A stretch of DNA of 64,000 nucleotides from an uncultured Acidobacteriota bacterium. Its GTDB lineage: Bacteria > Acidobacteriota > Vicinamibacteria > Vicinamibacterales > CAVVIG01. Made by a program: the position numbers and the translations under genes. Positions 1 to 8,831 of the stretch are shown here, one piece after another (position 1 is the first letter of the stretch; every line of letters begins with the position of its first letter). The stretch covers positions 93,608 through 157,607 of the forward strand of contig CAWGSJ010000005.1 in NCBI GenBank assembly GCA_963825245.1, in the 5' to 3' direction. Under the pieces are notes generated by a model. The model made no database searches, had not been told where the DNA came from, and worked only from the letters and a program-made list of their open reading frames with translations.

Positions 1-1
1 C

Positions 2-124
2 CGGCTCGGCGGCGCGTTCAACGACGGCAAGGGCGAGCCGACGCAGCTGAACGCGGTCAGCCACGGCTGCCCGGTCGCGCGATTCCGGGGTATCAACGTG
101 TTGAATACCGGCGTGAAGGCCTGA
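2..124 (+). CDS. TldD/PmbA-family metalloprotease, 3' end only (gene starts outside window)
   Basis: Frame-2 translation RLGGAFNDGKGEPTQLNAVSHGCPVARFRGINVLNTGVKA stops at TGA 122-124. It resembles the conserved C-terminus of TldD/PmbA proteins. A second family member follows 50 nt later, the usual paired arrangement. Confidence 0.55.
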   Translation, partial: RLGGAFNDGKGEPTQLNAVSHGCPVARFRGINVLNTGVKA

Positions 125-138
125 TCGCGAAAGGCCAG

Positions 139-154
139 GCACGGAAACACGAAA
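139..154 (+). repeat. 16-nt motif GCACGGAAACACGAAA with an exact inverted second copy at 36923-36938
   Basis: Exact 16/16 match between 139-154 (+) and the reverse complement of 36923-36938. Both copies are intergenic and lie upstream of a plus-strand start codon (174 and 37022). Confidence 0.6.
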
Positions 155-173
155 GACTTAGGAACAGATCTCC

Positions 174-1526
174 ATGCTGCTCACAGCGGACGAAGCGCGG
201 CGGATTACCGACCGGCTGCTTGGGATGGTCAAGGCCGACGACGCCGCGGTCGGCGTCACCAGCCAGATGAATTCCAACCTGCGGTTCGCGGCGAATACCC
301 TGCAGACGAGCGGCCGGATCGACACGGTCACAGCCCGGGTGACGGTGTGGATCGATCGGCGCCGCGGCGGATCCTCGACCACCGACCTGAGCGAGCCGTC
401 GCTCCGGCAGATGGTCGAACAGGCACACGAACTCGCGCGGCTGTCGCCGGTGGACCGCGAGTACATGCCGACGCTCGGCCCGCAGAAGTACGAACCGACG
501 CGGCGCTACGTCGAGGAGACCGCGACGCTGTCGCTGGCCGACCGGGCGCGGGCCGTCGACGAGGCGCTCACCGCCTCGGAGAAGGCCGGCGTGATCAGCG
601 CCGGCTTCCACCAAGCACAGGCCACCGCCGGCGCCGACGCCACGAAGAACGGCAACTTCAACTACGAGCGCAGCACGATCGCCAGCCTCGGCATGACCGC
701 CCGGACGCCCGACGGCGCCGGATCCGGATATTTCCTCCGCAGCCATATCGATGTCCGCCGCGTCGACACCAGGCTGGTATACCGCGAAGCCATCCGTCGC
801 GCCCAGGAGTCGCGCCGCGCGCGCACGATCGACGCCGGCACCTATCCGGTGATTCTCGAAGCGCAGGCGGTGGCCGATCTCATCTCGGGCTTCTCGCTGA
901 ACTTCGATGCACGGTCGGCGGAAGAAGGCCGCAGCGCGTTCTCGGCGCCCAGGCGGGCGGACGAAGGTGGGCGAGAAAGTCTTCGACGAGCGGATCAGCA
1001 TCCTCAGCGATCCCTGGCGCGAGGATCTGCCGGGCTCGCAGGCGACGGGCTCGGGCCTTCCGTCCCAGGTCGTATACCTGGTCCGTAACGGCGTGCTCGA
1101 GACCCTGTCCTACAGCCGCTACTGGGCCGAGCGGCAGAAGCGGCAGCCGACGCCGGGACCGGTCAACCGCATCATCCAGGCGAGCGGGCGGCCGGCGACG
1201 CGTCCAGGAAATGACGCAGTCGGCCGACCGGGCGCTGCTGGTCACGCGGTTCTGGTACATCCGCTCGGTCGATCCCGCGGACCGCGACGCTCACCGGCCT
1301 GACGCGCGACGGCGTGTGGTGGATCGAAAAGGGGAAGATCGCCTACCCGGTGCGGAACCTGCGCTTCAACCAGAGCATGATCCGGATGCTCGCGCCGGGG
1401 AACGTGGAGATGGTCGGCACGCCCGAACGGGTCGGCGCATCAGAGGATCAAGGCAGCTCCGCCGGTATGATGCCGGCGCTCAAGCTCCGGGCGTTCACCT
1501 TCACGTCGCAGTCCGAAGCCGTGTAG
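174..1526 (+). pseudogene. TldD/PmbA-family protease (PmbA/TldE-like) with the reading frame broken at least 3 times
   Basis: Family-like sequence continues across frames. Segment 174 to ~955 reads MLLTADEARRITDRLL...FDARSAEEGRSAFS. Segment ~955 to ~1200 reads KVGEKVFDERISILSDPW...IIQASGRPAT. Segment ~1200 to ~1275 reads VQEMTQSADRALLVTRFWYIRSVDP. Segment ~1275 to 1526 reads TLTGLTRDGVWWIEKGKIAYPVRNLRFNQS. This is either a true pseudogene or assembly indels. Confidence 0.8.
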
Positions 1527-1536
1527 CGGCGGTCGC

Positions 1537-1565
1537 TTGACATCCCCAAGCCCAGGGTCATACTC
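1537..1565 (+). promoter_or_regulatory. Putative sigma70-type promoter of vapBC
   Basis: TTGACA (1537-1542), a 16-17 nt spacer, then CATACT (1559-1564), about 22 nt upstream of the vapB ATG at 1587. Confidence 0.45.
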
Positions 1566-1580
1566 TTACTGGTAAGAGTA
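1561..1580. promoter_or_regulatory. Perfect inverted repeat, candidate VapB/VapBC autoregulatory operator
   Basis: TACTCTTAC-TG-GTAAGAGTA has 9-bp perfect arms, overlaps the -10 region and ends 6 nt before the vapB start. AbrB/SpoVT-type antitoxins typically bind palindromes in their own promoter. Confidence 0.5.
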
Positions 1581-1586
1581 TTACTC

Positions 1587-1820
1587 ATGCGCATCACCAG
1601 CAAGGGGCAGGTCACGATCCCGATGGAAATCCGCGACAAGCTCGGGCTGCTGCCCGATACCGAGGTGGAGTTCGAGCTCGATCGCGACAGTGTGCGGATC
1701 CGCAAAGCCGCCGGCGGTGGCCCGCGCCTGTCGCGCGGCCGGACGCTGGTCGAACAGCTCCGCGGGCGTGGCACCCGGCGCATCACGACCGACGAAATCA
1801 TGCGGTTGACCAGGAGCTGA
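1587..1820 (+). CDS. vapB: AbrB/MazE/SpoVT-family antitoxin (VapB-like)
   Basis: 77 aa. The N-terminus MRITSKGQVTIPMEIRDKLGL is the SpoVT/AbrB looped-hinge-helix signature. A PIN-domain gene follows immediately. Confidence 0.85.
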   Translation: MRITSKGQVTIPMEIRDKLGLLPDTEVEFELDRDSVRIRKAAGGGPRLSRGRTLVEQLRGRGTRRITTDEIMRLTRS

Positions 1821-1850
1821 TTCCTGAACGGCACGCTCGTCGACAGCAAC

Positions 1851-2228
1851 GTGCTCCTGGACGTGCTGACCGAAGACGAGGAGTGGTTCGACTGGTCAGC
1901 GGCGATGCTCACCGAAGCGGGCGACCGGGGTCCTCTCTTTCTGAACCCGATCATCTTTGCGGAAGTCTCGGCAAGGTTCGAGCGGATCGAGGATCTTGAG
2001 GCAGCCCTTCCGCCGCAACACTATCGGCGGCTGCCGCTGCCCTGGGAAGGCGCTTTTCTCGCAGGTCAATGCTTCGTGAAATACCGGCGCCGTGGAGGCG
2101 CCCGGCGCTCGCCACTGCCCGACTTCTATATCGGCGCGCATGCCGCGATCACCGGGTTGACGCTTCTTACGCGCGATGCCCGTCGCTATCGTGCGTACTT
2201 TCCCACGTTGAAACTCGTGGCGCCTTGA
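1851..2228 (+). CDS. vapC: PIN-domain toxin (VapC-like); annotated start probably too short
   Basis: The C-terminal part (FYIGAHAAITGLTLLTRDARRY) is PIN-like. In the same frame, directly after the vapB TGA (1818-1820), codons 1821-1850 read FLNGTLVDSN, so the full read into the ORF is FLNGTLVDSNVLLD. That stretch holds the expected first catalytic Asp, but it contains no ATG, GTG or TTG (only CTG at 1824). Confidence 0.8.
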   Translation: MLLDVLTEDEEWFDWSAAMLTEAGDRGPLFLNPIIFAEVSARFERIEDLEAALPPQHYRRLPLPWEGAFLAGQCFVKYRRRGGARRSPLPDFYIGAHAAITGLTLLTRDARRYRAYFPTLKLVAP

Positions 2229-2230
2229 AC

Positions 2231-2256
2231 GGGGCGACCCTAAGAGGGTCGCCCTA
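2231..2256 (-). repeat. REP-like palindromic element (GTAG head on minus strand)
   Basis: GGGCGACCCT-AAG-AGGGTCGCCC followed by TAC. On the minus strand this reads GTAG+GGCGACCCT...AGGGTCGCC. It lies between the convergent vapC and methyltransferase genes. Confidence 0.7.
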
Positions 2257-2266
2257 CAAACCTGGT

Positions 2267-3184
2267 TTACTGCAATCCCGGTATCGTTGCCGGCACCGGG
2301 CTGTCGGCCTGCTCGAACATCTTCGTCCCAGTCGGCGCGAAGTAATCGGAGCGCTCCACTCGCCGCGCACGCCACTGCAACGTCCGGGTCGATCCTTCCT
2401 TCGGCGTCACCTTCACGGTTCCCACGATCTGGTCACCCTCGACCTTCCCGCTGAACTCGTGCTGGGTCAGGCCCATCCCGTCGAGCGTGATCGCGAGCGT
2501 GAAGGAAATGTCGCCGCCGCGCAGCGTCGGAGACTCGAGCACCTCACGCCGATCGCCGGCGCGCGCCATCCCTTCGAACGTCTGAAATCGCTGTTCGAGC
2601 GCCAGGGCATAGTGAACGGGGCGGCCGCCGACCTCCAGATCCCAGTGCCACCCGCCGCCGACGCGGGCCGGCACGATCCAGAGATAGATCGGCGTGCCGT
2701 CGGTATCTGATTTGTCCGGTGGCCAGGTGCCAAGATCCCATGTACTGGTCAGCACGCGCGTGCCGGGACGCGCCCGCTCGAGGATCATCGGCCGCAGCAG
2801 CCGCATCAGCTCGGGAAACAGCCACATCGTCACAACCGTCGCGTCGCGCAGGTCGTCGTCGAATGCGTTGCGATACTCGAAACGCACGCGATTGCCCACC
2901 CCCTGGCTCCTGGCCGTCTGATTGGATTCCTCCACCAGCTTGGGGTTGATATCCACACCGCGCCCGCGCAAGCGAGAATTCATGCGCGCGGCCGTGAGGG
3001 GAATCAGGCCGTCGCCCGACCCGAGGTCGACGACGATGTCGTCGTCGCGGAGGTCGGCCAGCTTGAGCATCCGTTCGACGCTTTCCGGCGTGCTCGCCTG
3101 AAAAAACGAGAATCGCTCCTGTGACGGCGTCGGAGCCGCCGCCAGGACCACCAGCATCGTTGCGAGCGTGACTCGTGTGACCAT
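2267..3184 (-). CDS. Class I SAM-dependent methyltransferase with N-terminal signal/anchor
   Basis: 305 aa. It has SAM motif I VVDLGSGDGLIPL and a hydrophobic N-terminus MVTRVTLATMLVVLAAAP. Confidence 0.8.
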   Translation of the reverse strand: MVTRVTLATMLVVLAAAPTPSQERFSFFQASTPESVERMLKLADLRDDDIVVDLGSGDGLIPLTAARMNSRLRGRGVDINPKLVEESNQTARSQGVGNRVRFEYRNAFDDDLRDATVVTMWLFPELMRLLRPMILERARPGTRVLTSTWDLGTWPPDKSDTDGTPIYLWIVPARVGGGWHWDLEVGGRPVHYALALEQRFQTFEGMARAGDRREVLESPTLRGGDISFTLAITLDGMGLTQHEFSGKVEGDQIVGTVKVTPKEGSTRTLQWRARRVERSDYFAPTGTKMFEQADSPVPATIPGLQ

Positions 3185-3279
3185 CGCGTCCTCAACCTCG
3201 ACTGGAGACCGCGCCCATCTCGAGCGCCGGTTCCCGGCATATTATCGATTTCGCCCGATGGATCACCAGCACGCTGTCG

Positions 3280-3522
3280 GTGACCGCCGAACCTGGCGCC
3301 GCCGATTCCGTATTGTTCAGTATGGTGAAGTTCCTGCTGTGGTGCCTGTTGCTGGTTGTCTGCTGGCCGCTCGCGCTGCTGGCGCTTGTCCTCTACCCTC
3401 TCGTCTGGCTCCTCCTGATTCCATTCCGCCTCATCGGCATCGCCGTCGACGGTGTCCTGGGCCTCGTCCGAGGCATCGTGACGCTGCCCGCTCGCCTGCT
3501 CGCCGGCCCACGGGCATTCTGA
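3280..3522 (+). CDS. Small hypothetical membrane protein
   Basis: 80 aa, very hydrophobic (VKFLLWCLLLVVCWPLALLALVLYPLVWLLLIPFRLIGIAV). The start may instead be the internal ATG at 3322. I recognised no family. Confidence 0.4.
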   Translation: MTAEPGAADSVLFSMVKFLLWCLLLVVCWPLALLALVLYPLVWLLLIPFRLIGIAVDGVLGLVRGIVTLPARLLAGPRAF

Positions 3523-3577
3523 GATAGCCTGTCTTTTCTTCGCGTCTTCGCGGTTGCATTTGGATGATGCGTGGGGG

Positions 3578-3600
3578 GTCCGGCTAAAGCCGGACACTAC
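3578..3600 (-). repeat. REP-like palindromic element
   Basis: GTCCGGC-TAAA-GCCGGAC followed by ACTAC (minus strand: GTAGT+GTCCGGC-TTTA-GCCGGAC). The P450 ORF only stops at the TAG formed in the loop (3584-3586). Confidence 0.7.
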
Positions 3601-5020
3601 GATTGAGCCCCGAGTCCAAGTCCCGAGGCCCGAGCCTCGGGCCCGAGTCACGAGCCCGGACGTGAAGCGTCATCTTCAGCCCATGCTTCAATCGGAGCGT
3701 GACGACCGCATGCGGTGCGACCGGATGTCCCGGCACCAGGCGCAGCTTCCAGCGCTGCGCGATCGTGCTCGCGATCAGGATCAGCTCCGTCCAGGCGAAC
3801 TGATCGCCGATGCAGCGTCGGGGACCGCCGCCAAAAGGCATATAAGCGAACTGCGGCAGCGATGCCTTGAACTCCGGTGTCCAACGCCCGGGCATGAACC
3901 GTGTTGGTTCCGGGAACCAGCGTGAATCGCGCTGGACGAGGTACGGACAGAAGACGAGAATCGAGCGAGCGGGCAGGCGGTAGCCGTCGATCTCGTACGG
4001 CTCCAGCGCCCGGCGCCCGATGATCCAGGCCGGGGGATACAGCCGCATCGACTCCGTCACCACCTGCTCCACGAACGGCAACTTCGGCACATCGTCCAGC
4101 GTCGGCAGCCGGCCGCCGAGCACACGATCGATTTCGTCGTGCATCCGCGCCTCGACTTCCGGGTGCTCGCCGAGGAGATACCACGTCCAGCTCAACGCGT
4201 TCGCGGTGGTTTCGTGGCCGGCGAGGAAGATCGTCATCGCCTCGTCGCGCACCTGACGGTCGGTCATGCGCGAGCCGTCACCCTCAAGGTCCTGCGCCAT
4301 CAGCAGCATCGACAGCAGGTCGCCCCGATCCTCCTGGTGCCGCCGGCGCTCGGCGATCATCCCGTAGATGATGCGATCGAGCTCCGCCCGCGCACGCCGG
4401 CCCCGCGCGAGCGCCGGAATCGGGAGGCTCTCGAGGCGGTCGTAGAACGGCAGCATCGTCATCCAGAAGGTCTGCATGACGGCCGTCAGCGCGCGTCCCA
4501 CTTCCGGCGCCTGCGCCTCGACGTCGGTGCCGAACAGCGTCCTGCCGACGATCCCGAGCGTCAAGCGCATCATGTCCTGCGCGACGTCGCTAGTCCCGCC
4601 ATCGGTCCAGCGGTCGCGCAGGCGAACGGCGTGCCCGGTCATCGTCGACGCGTAGGTGACGAGCCGGTCGCGGTGAAACGCCGGCTGGATGAGCCGGCGC
4701 TGCCTGAGGTGTGTCTGCCCTTCGCTGGTCAGCAGCCCCTCGCCGAGCAGCCGCTTCGCGCCCTCGAGTCCCCGCCCTTTCTTGAAGCTGCGCGAGTGGG
4801 TGACGAGGATGTCCCGCACGTAGGCCGGATGGTTGACGAGGTACAAGTGCTCGCGCCCGATGTACAGGTGCGCGAGGTCACCGTAGCGGCTGGCAAGGCG
4901 CGAGAAGAACGCGAGCGGATCACGGCCCGGGAAGTAGACGATGGACGTCAGTGGCGACCGCTTGGGGCCGGGCGGGTAGACGGTCAGTCGGTCACTACGG
5001 TCCACGGACGGACCACCCAC
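3584..5020 (-). CDS. Cytochrome P450
   Basis: 478 aa with the heme-binding loop FGGGPRRCIGDQFA, I-helix AGHETT and ExxR (ESMR). The last ~20 codons run through repeat sequence, so the true C-terminus may be shorter. Confidence 0.95.
   Translation of the reverse strand: MGGPSVDRSDRLTVYPPGPKRSPLTSIVYFPGRDPLAFFSRLASRYGDLAHLYIGREHLYLVNHPAYVRDILVTHSRSFKKGRGLEGAKRLLGEGLLTSEGQTHLRQRRLIQPAFHRDRLVTYASTMTGHAVRLRDRWTDGGTSDVAQDMMRLTLGIVGRTLFGTDVEAQAPEVGRALTAVMQTFWMTMLPFYDRLESLPIPALARGRRARAELDRIIYGMIAERRRHQEDRGDLLSMLLMAQDLEGDGSRMTDRQVRDEAMTIFLAGHETTANALSWTWYLLGEHPEVEARMHDEIDRVLGGRLPTLDDVPKLPFVEQVVTESMRLYPPAWIIGRRALEPYEIDGYRLPARSILVFCPYLVQRDSRWFPEPTRFMPGRWTPEFKASLPQFAYMPFGGGPRRCIGDQFAWTELILIASTIAQRWKLRLVPGHPVAPHAVVTLRLKHGLKMTLHVRARDSGPRLGPRDLDSGLNRSVRL
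3607..3657. repeat. Degenerate ~7-nt tandem array (CCCGAG-type units)
   Basis: GCCCCGAG TCCAAG TCCCGAG GCCCGAG CCTCGGG CCCGAGT CACGAGC. It includes an inverted unit and lies inside the 3' tail of the P450 ORF, next to the REP at 3578. Confidence 0.4.
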
Positions 5021-5256
5021 TGCGTGATGAGGCCGTTGATGACGTACGGATCGCGCCGCGCGAAGTCCTCGGCAACGGTCGTCGGCGCCTTGAAGATCAG
5101 CAGGCCGCCGTCGGGAGGATTGCCGAGCGCCCCCGCCATCACGATCTCGCCGCGAGCGTGCGCTTCCCTGATCAGCCGAAGGTGCTCTTCGCGGTACGGT
5201 GTCCGACGATTGATGAAATCGTCAACGGCGTCGTATTGGAGAACGCAATAGCTCAT
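4984..5256 (-). CDS. YciI-family protein
   Basis: 90 aa. MSYCVLQYDAVDDFINRRTPYREEHLRLIREAHARGEIVMAGALG is typical of the YciI-like fold. Confidence 0.75.
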   Translation of the reverse strand: MSYCVLQYDAVDDFINRRTPYREEHLRLIREAHARGEIVMAGALGNPPDGGLLIFKAPTTVAEDFARRDPYVINGLITQWVVRPWTVVTD

Positions 5257-5264
5257 ATCGATGC

Positions 5265-5289
5265 GCCGACCCTAAAAGGGTCGGCCTAC
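5265..5289 (-). repeat. REP-like palindromic element
   Basis: GCCGACCC-TAAAA-GGGTCGGC followed by CTAC. The CTA at 5286-5288 is the TAG stop of the MFS/spermidine synthase gene. Confidence 0.75.
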
Positions 5290-7665
5290 CTACCCTGATT
5301 GGTTCTAATCCGCTGAATCAGCGCCTGCATCCGATCCGGCGAGCCGGTGAAGACGCCGTCCGGTTCCTTCGCGTAGTTCAGCATGTCGGCGAAGATGACG
5401 TCGGCGCGATACAGGTTGAGGCCGCGGCCCGCCAGGTACTGGAGCCTGAGGTTGCGGTCGCGATTGATCTGGGCATCCTTGAGCCACGGCTCGTAGTCTT
5501 TCGCGCTCCCGGCATAGGTGGCGAACAGGTCGATCGCCGAGAACATGCCGATTTCGCGCAGCGACTGGGCGACCGGCGTCGTACTCGGGACGCCTCAGCC
5601 GCTCCTCCATCTCGTCGATGTCGATCGTCGTCGGCTCGACCTGGCCGAGCAGCACGAGATCGTAGCCCTGGCCGTTGTAGGTGTTCGCGAAAATCATCCC
5701 GTTCGGAAAGGCCTCGAAGAACGTCCCAATCTCGCTCTTCACCGCCTCGGTGTTGCTCTCGTACAGCTGCACGAACAGCGTCACCACGCCGCCCGGGTTC
5801 AGGTGCTGCTTCACGAGCTCGAAGAACTCGCGGGTGTACAGCATCGCCGCGCCCTTGACCCACGGGTCGAGCGGATCGGAGGTGATCGCGTCGAACTTCT
5901 CGTCGGTGGTGAAGAGGTAGTGCCGGGCATCGTCGATGTGGACCTTCACCTTCGGGTTCTGGACGACGGCGAAGTTGTGCTCGGAGAAGTACTCCGACAC
6001 GACGCGCGGCACCAGCGGCTCGATCTCGGCGATGACCTGGTGCTCGAGCCGCGGCTCGATCGACACCGCTCCTGCCGTGACGCCCGCGCCGCAGCCGATG
6101 ACCAGGACCTTCTTCGGATCCTTCGGGATGAGCGTCGTCAGGTGCCCGAGCATACGCTGCAGCCGCATGTCCTGCGGTTCGCTCGAGGCCTGCACCTTGC
6201 CGGCGTTGTGGTAGTTGCGGACGCCGTTCGATCGCTCCGACACCGCGACCGAGGCGTTCCAGCCTTCCCCGACATAGATGATGTCGGACTGCCCCAGCTG
6301 CGTGACGGCGTACCGTCCGTAAGCCACCAGGATGCCGGGCACTGGCTGGACGGTGAGCGCCAGGACCGACGCGACCACCGTCGCGACGCCGACCGCGAGG
6401 GCCGACACCCGCTCGCGCAGCAGGAGCAGCAGTCCCGAGGCGGCGGCGATGAGGATCATCAGTTGCTGCGCCTTCTGCGTGCCGAGCCAGATTACCAGGA
6501 GCAGGCTCGACCCGAGCGAGCCGATGATGGCGCCGAGCGTGTTCGCCGCGTACACCCCGCCGACAAGGCGGGCCGGATCTTCGTCGCGTGACGCCACCGA
6601 GGCGAGGGCCAGCGGAAAGCTCGCTCCCCAGAGAATCGATGGCGGCAGCACGGCGAACAGCACGCGCGCCAGGTCGAGCTGGAACTGGAACCGGAAGTCG
6701 GTGACGATCGACGGATTGACCGGCCAGTACGGCAACGATTCGGTGACGATGTACGAGGTCCACGCCATGGCGGCGCACAGCGAGATCTGGATCCACGCCA
6801 GCGCCACACGCGGACGTTCGAGCGTTCGCGCCATCGCGGCGCCGACGCTGCTGCCGAGGCCGATCCCGAACAGGAAGACCGCCAGAATCAGCGAGAAGGT
6901 GTAAGTCGTCGCACCAATGAGCAGGGACAGCGTGCGGGTCCAGAGCACCTCGGACGACAGCGCGGTCAGCCCCGACAGCGCGATCACGATGTAGACGACG
7001 GTGCGGCCCGGCACCATCACGAAGGACGGCGCAGCCGGCGCGGAACTCTCGAGCGGCGACAGCCTCGCGATCACGAACGCGATCGCCGCGACGGTGACGT
7101 TCAGGGCGACCGCGACGTATGTCGCGAAGGCGACGTCGTGGATGCGCAGCAGGTAGAAGCCAGCCAGCAGACATCCCACGACCGCGCCCGCCGTGTTGCC
7201 GCCGTAGAAGAACCCGAGCCACGAGACGCCGCGCGGCGTCGCTTCGACCCACCGCGACATCGCCGGCAGCGTGGCGCCCATCATCATCGTCGGCGGCAGC
7301 AGGCAGATCCCGGCGACCACGCCCCGCAGGAGCAGGCCGACGACGCCGCTGCCGGCCCAGGCGGTGTAAGCGCCGCCGACGACCGGCATCGCGAACAGCA
7401 CGATCAGGCCGATGATGCCGATGCCGAGCTCGAGGAAGGCATAGAGGCGGAGGGGATGCGCGTCAGGTCTGGTCAACCGCGGCAGGAGCAGGCTGCCGAG
7501 GCACATGCCGCCCATGAACGTGCCGAGCAGGACGCCGATCGATACCGCCGAGGAACCGATCACCAGCTCGAGCAGCTGGAACCAGACCACCTCGTAAATC
7601 AACGCCGCGCAGCCGCTGCCAATGAACAGCAGCAGCAGCGCCGGGAGCAGACGCTGCGATCTCAT
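5286..7665 (-). pseudogene. Fused MFS transporter/spermidine synthase-family protein with one frame break near 5573
   Basis: The N-terminal region has many TM helices. The synthase domain carries VLVIGCGAGVTAG and DAITSDPLDPW. After ...RRPEYDA the family-typical C-terminus (QSLREIGMFSAIDLFATYAG...QALIQRIRTNQGR) continues in the frame of ORF 5286-5546. Confidence 0.85.
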
Positions 7666-7676
7666 GAAGCCACCTG

Positions 7677-7697
7677 GCCGGGCCTTTCAGGCCCGGC
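7677..7697 (-). other. Stem-loop downstream of the CMD-family gene (REP-like architecture without GTAG head; possible terminator)
   Basis: GCCGGGCC-TTTCA-GGCCCGGC has an 8-bp GC stem and lies 9 nt after the stop at 7706. There is no U-run. Confidence 0.35.
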
Positions 7698-7705
7698 ATA
7701 TGAAC

Positions 7706-8326
7706 TCATCGCGGGAATGGCGCCAGTCCAGGCGCGCGGCCGGCCGGCACCGGGGTGCGAGCCGTATTCAAGACCATGGCGAGGAGCGTGTAGTAGCCGG
7801 ATATGCCGATTGCGTCAATGATGCCCGGTTCCCCGAACGCCTTCAGCATGTGCCCGTAGGTCGCATCGCTGACGCTCTTGTTCTGGTGCAGCTCGGTGCA
7901 AAAATTGTAGAGGATCTCCTCGTCTTCGGCCATCCGCTCCGGCCGGCGCCCTTCGGCGACGGCGCGGGCGATGTCCTCGCGCAGGCCGCCCTTGAGGGCG
8001 AGCTGATAGTGTGCGTCCCACTCGTAGCTCTGCGTCCACTGCCGCGCCGTGATGAGGATCGCGAACTCGCTGAGGCGCGGCGGGAACACGCTCTTGAAGC
8101 GCAGGTAGTCCCCCATGGCGCGCGCCCGGTTCATCACCTCGGGGCTCCGAAGCAGCGGCATGAACGGCCCCGAGACGTCGGCGTTGCGCGCGGCACGGAA
8201 CTCCTCGACCGCCTTGCGCTGCTCAGGGGTCATCTTCTCGGGAGGAATCGGCGGCAGGCGATCCTGAGCGGCTGCAGTCATAGGCCATCCGACCGCCAGT
8301 AGCAGGGCTACGCAGATGCCCTTCAT
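7706..8326 (-). CDS. Carboxymuconolactone decarboxylase (CMD/AhpD-like) family protein, secreted
   Basis: I chose the start at ATG 8326 (MKGICVALLLAVGWPMTAAAQ signal peptide, GGAG 8 nt upstream). The ORF track start at 8356 is a GTG 10 codons upstream. The body (RSPEVMNRARAMGDYLRF...ARQWTQSYEWDAHY) is CMD-like. Confidence 0.65.
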   Translation of the reverse strand: MKGICVALLLAVGWPMTAAAQDRLPPIPPEKMTPEQRKAVEEFRAARNADVSGPFMPLLRSPEVMNRARAMGDYLRFKSVFPPRLSEFAILITARQWTQSYEWDAHYQLALKGGLREDIARAVAEGRRPERMAEDEEILYNFCTELHQNKSVSDATYGHMLKAFGEPGIIDAIGISGYYTLLAMVLNTARTPVPAGRAPGLAPFPR

Positions 8327-8375
8327 AGTCGCGGCTCCATTCACGGCTTTGTTCACGGGCTCTTTTCACGATCAC

Positions 8376-8413
8376 CACAAACAAAAAGGCGACGGTCGGG
8401 CACGACCGTCGCC
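8376..8413 (-). terminator. Rho-independent terminator of the SWIB gene
   Basis: On the minus strand, 33 nt after the stop, GGCGACGGTCG-TGCC-CGACCGTCGCC is followed by TTTTTGTTTGTG. Confidence 0.75.
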
Positions 8414-8446
8414 TCGTCCCTTCCGGGTCTGGCTGAGGACTGTGGC

Positions 8447-8728
8447 TTACTTCAGGTGCTTGCTCACCAGCTTGGTCATGGCGAACATGTTGACGGAGGT
8501 CTTGCCGCCGAACACGGCCTTGAGCTTGTCGTCGGCGTTGATCATCCGCTTGTTCTTCTTGTCCTGCAGGCCGTTCTTCTTGATGTAGGCCCACAGCTTC
8601 TTGGTGACCTCGGTCCGCGGCAACGGCTTCGCGCCGACGACTTCAGCGAGCGTTGCGCTCGGCTGCACCGGCCTCATGAAGGCGGCGTTCGGCTTGCGCG
8701 CGGATTTCTTCTTCGTCTTTTTTGCCAC
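8447..8728 (-). CDS. SWIB/MDM2-domain protein
   Basis: GTG start at 8728 preceded by GAGGAG. The 93-aa product is VAKKTKKKSARKPNAAFMRPVQPSATLAEVVGAKPLPRTEVTKKLWAYIKKNGLQD...MFAMTKLVSKHLK. The longer track ORF (to 9193) is non-coding-looking upstream extension. Confidence 0.85.
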   Translation of the reverse strand: MAKKTKKKSARKPNAAFMRPVQPSATLAEVVGAKPLPRTEVTKKLWAYIKKNGLQDKKNKRMINADDKLKAVFGGKTSVNMFAMTKLVSKHLK

Positions 8729-8831
8729 AGCAGTCTCCTCTGGAAGACGCGGAAAAGCGTCGGCGGCAGCGTACCACAAAAGGCGATTTTCACTCTGAAA
8801 ATCGGGATTCGAGGATCGGACGATTTGAGGA

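Noticed and set aside
174-1526. I asked whether the frame changes represent programmed ribosomal frameshifting.
   Set aside because: There are multiple breaks per gene in both directions, no slippery heptamer or downstream structure at the junctions I inspected (for example 5573 and 1275), and many unrelated genes are affected. Indels, whether biological or from assembly, are the simpler explanation.
2267-3184. I asked whether the methyltransferase next to vapBC is part of a restriction-modification or other defence system.
   Set aside because: It has a signal/anchor sequence and a generic small-molecule or protein class I SAM-methyltransferase motif. It shows no DNA-methyltransferase motifs (DPPY or PC-ENV), and there is no adjacent nuclease or specificity gene.
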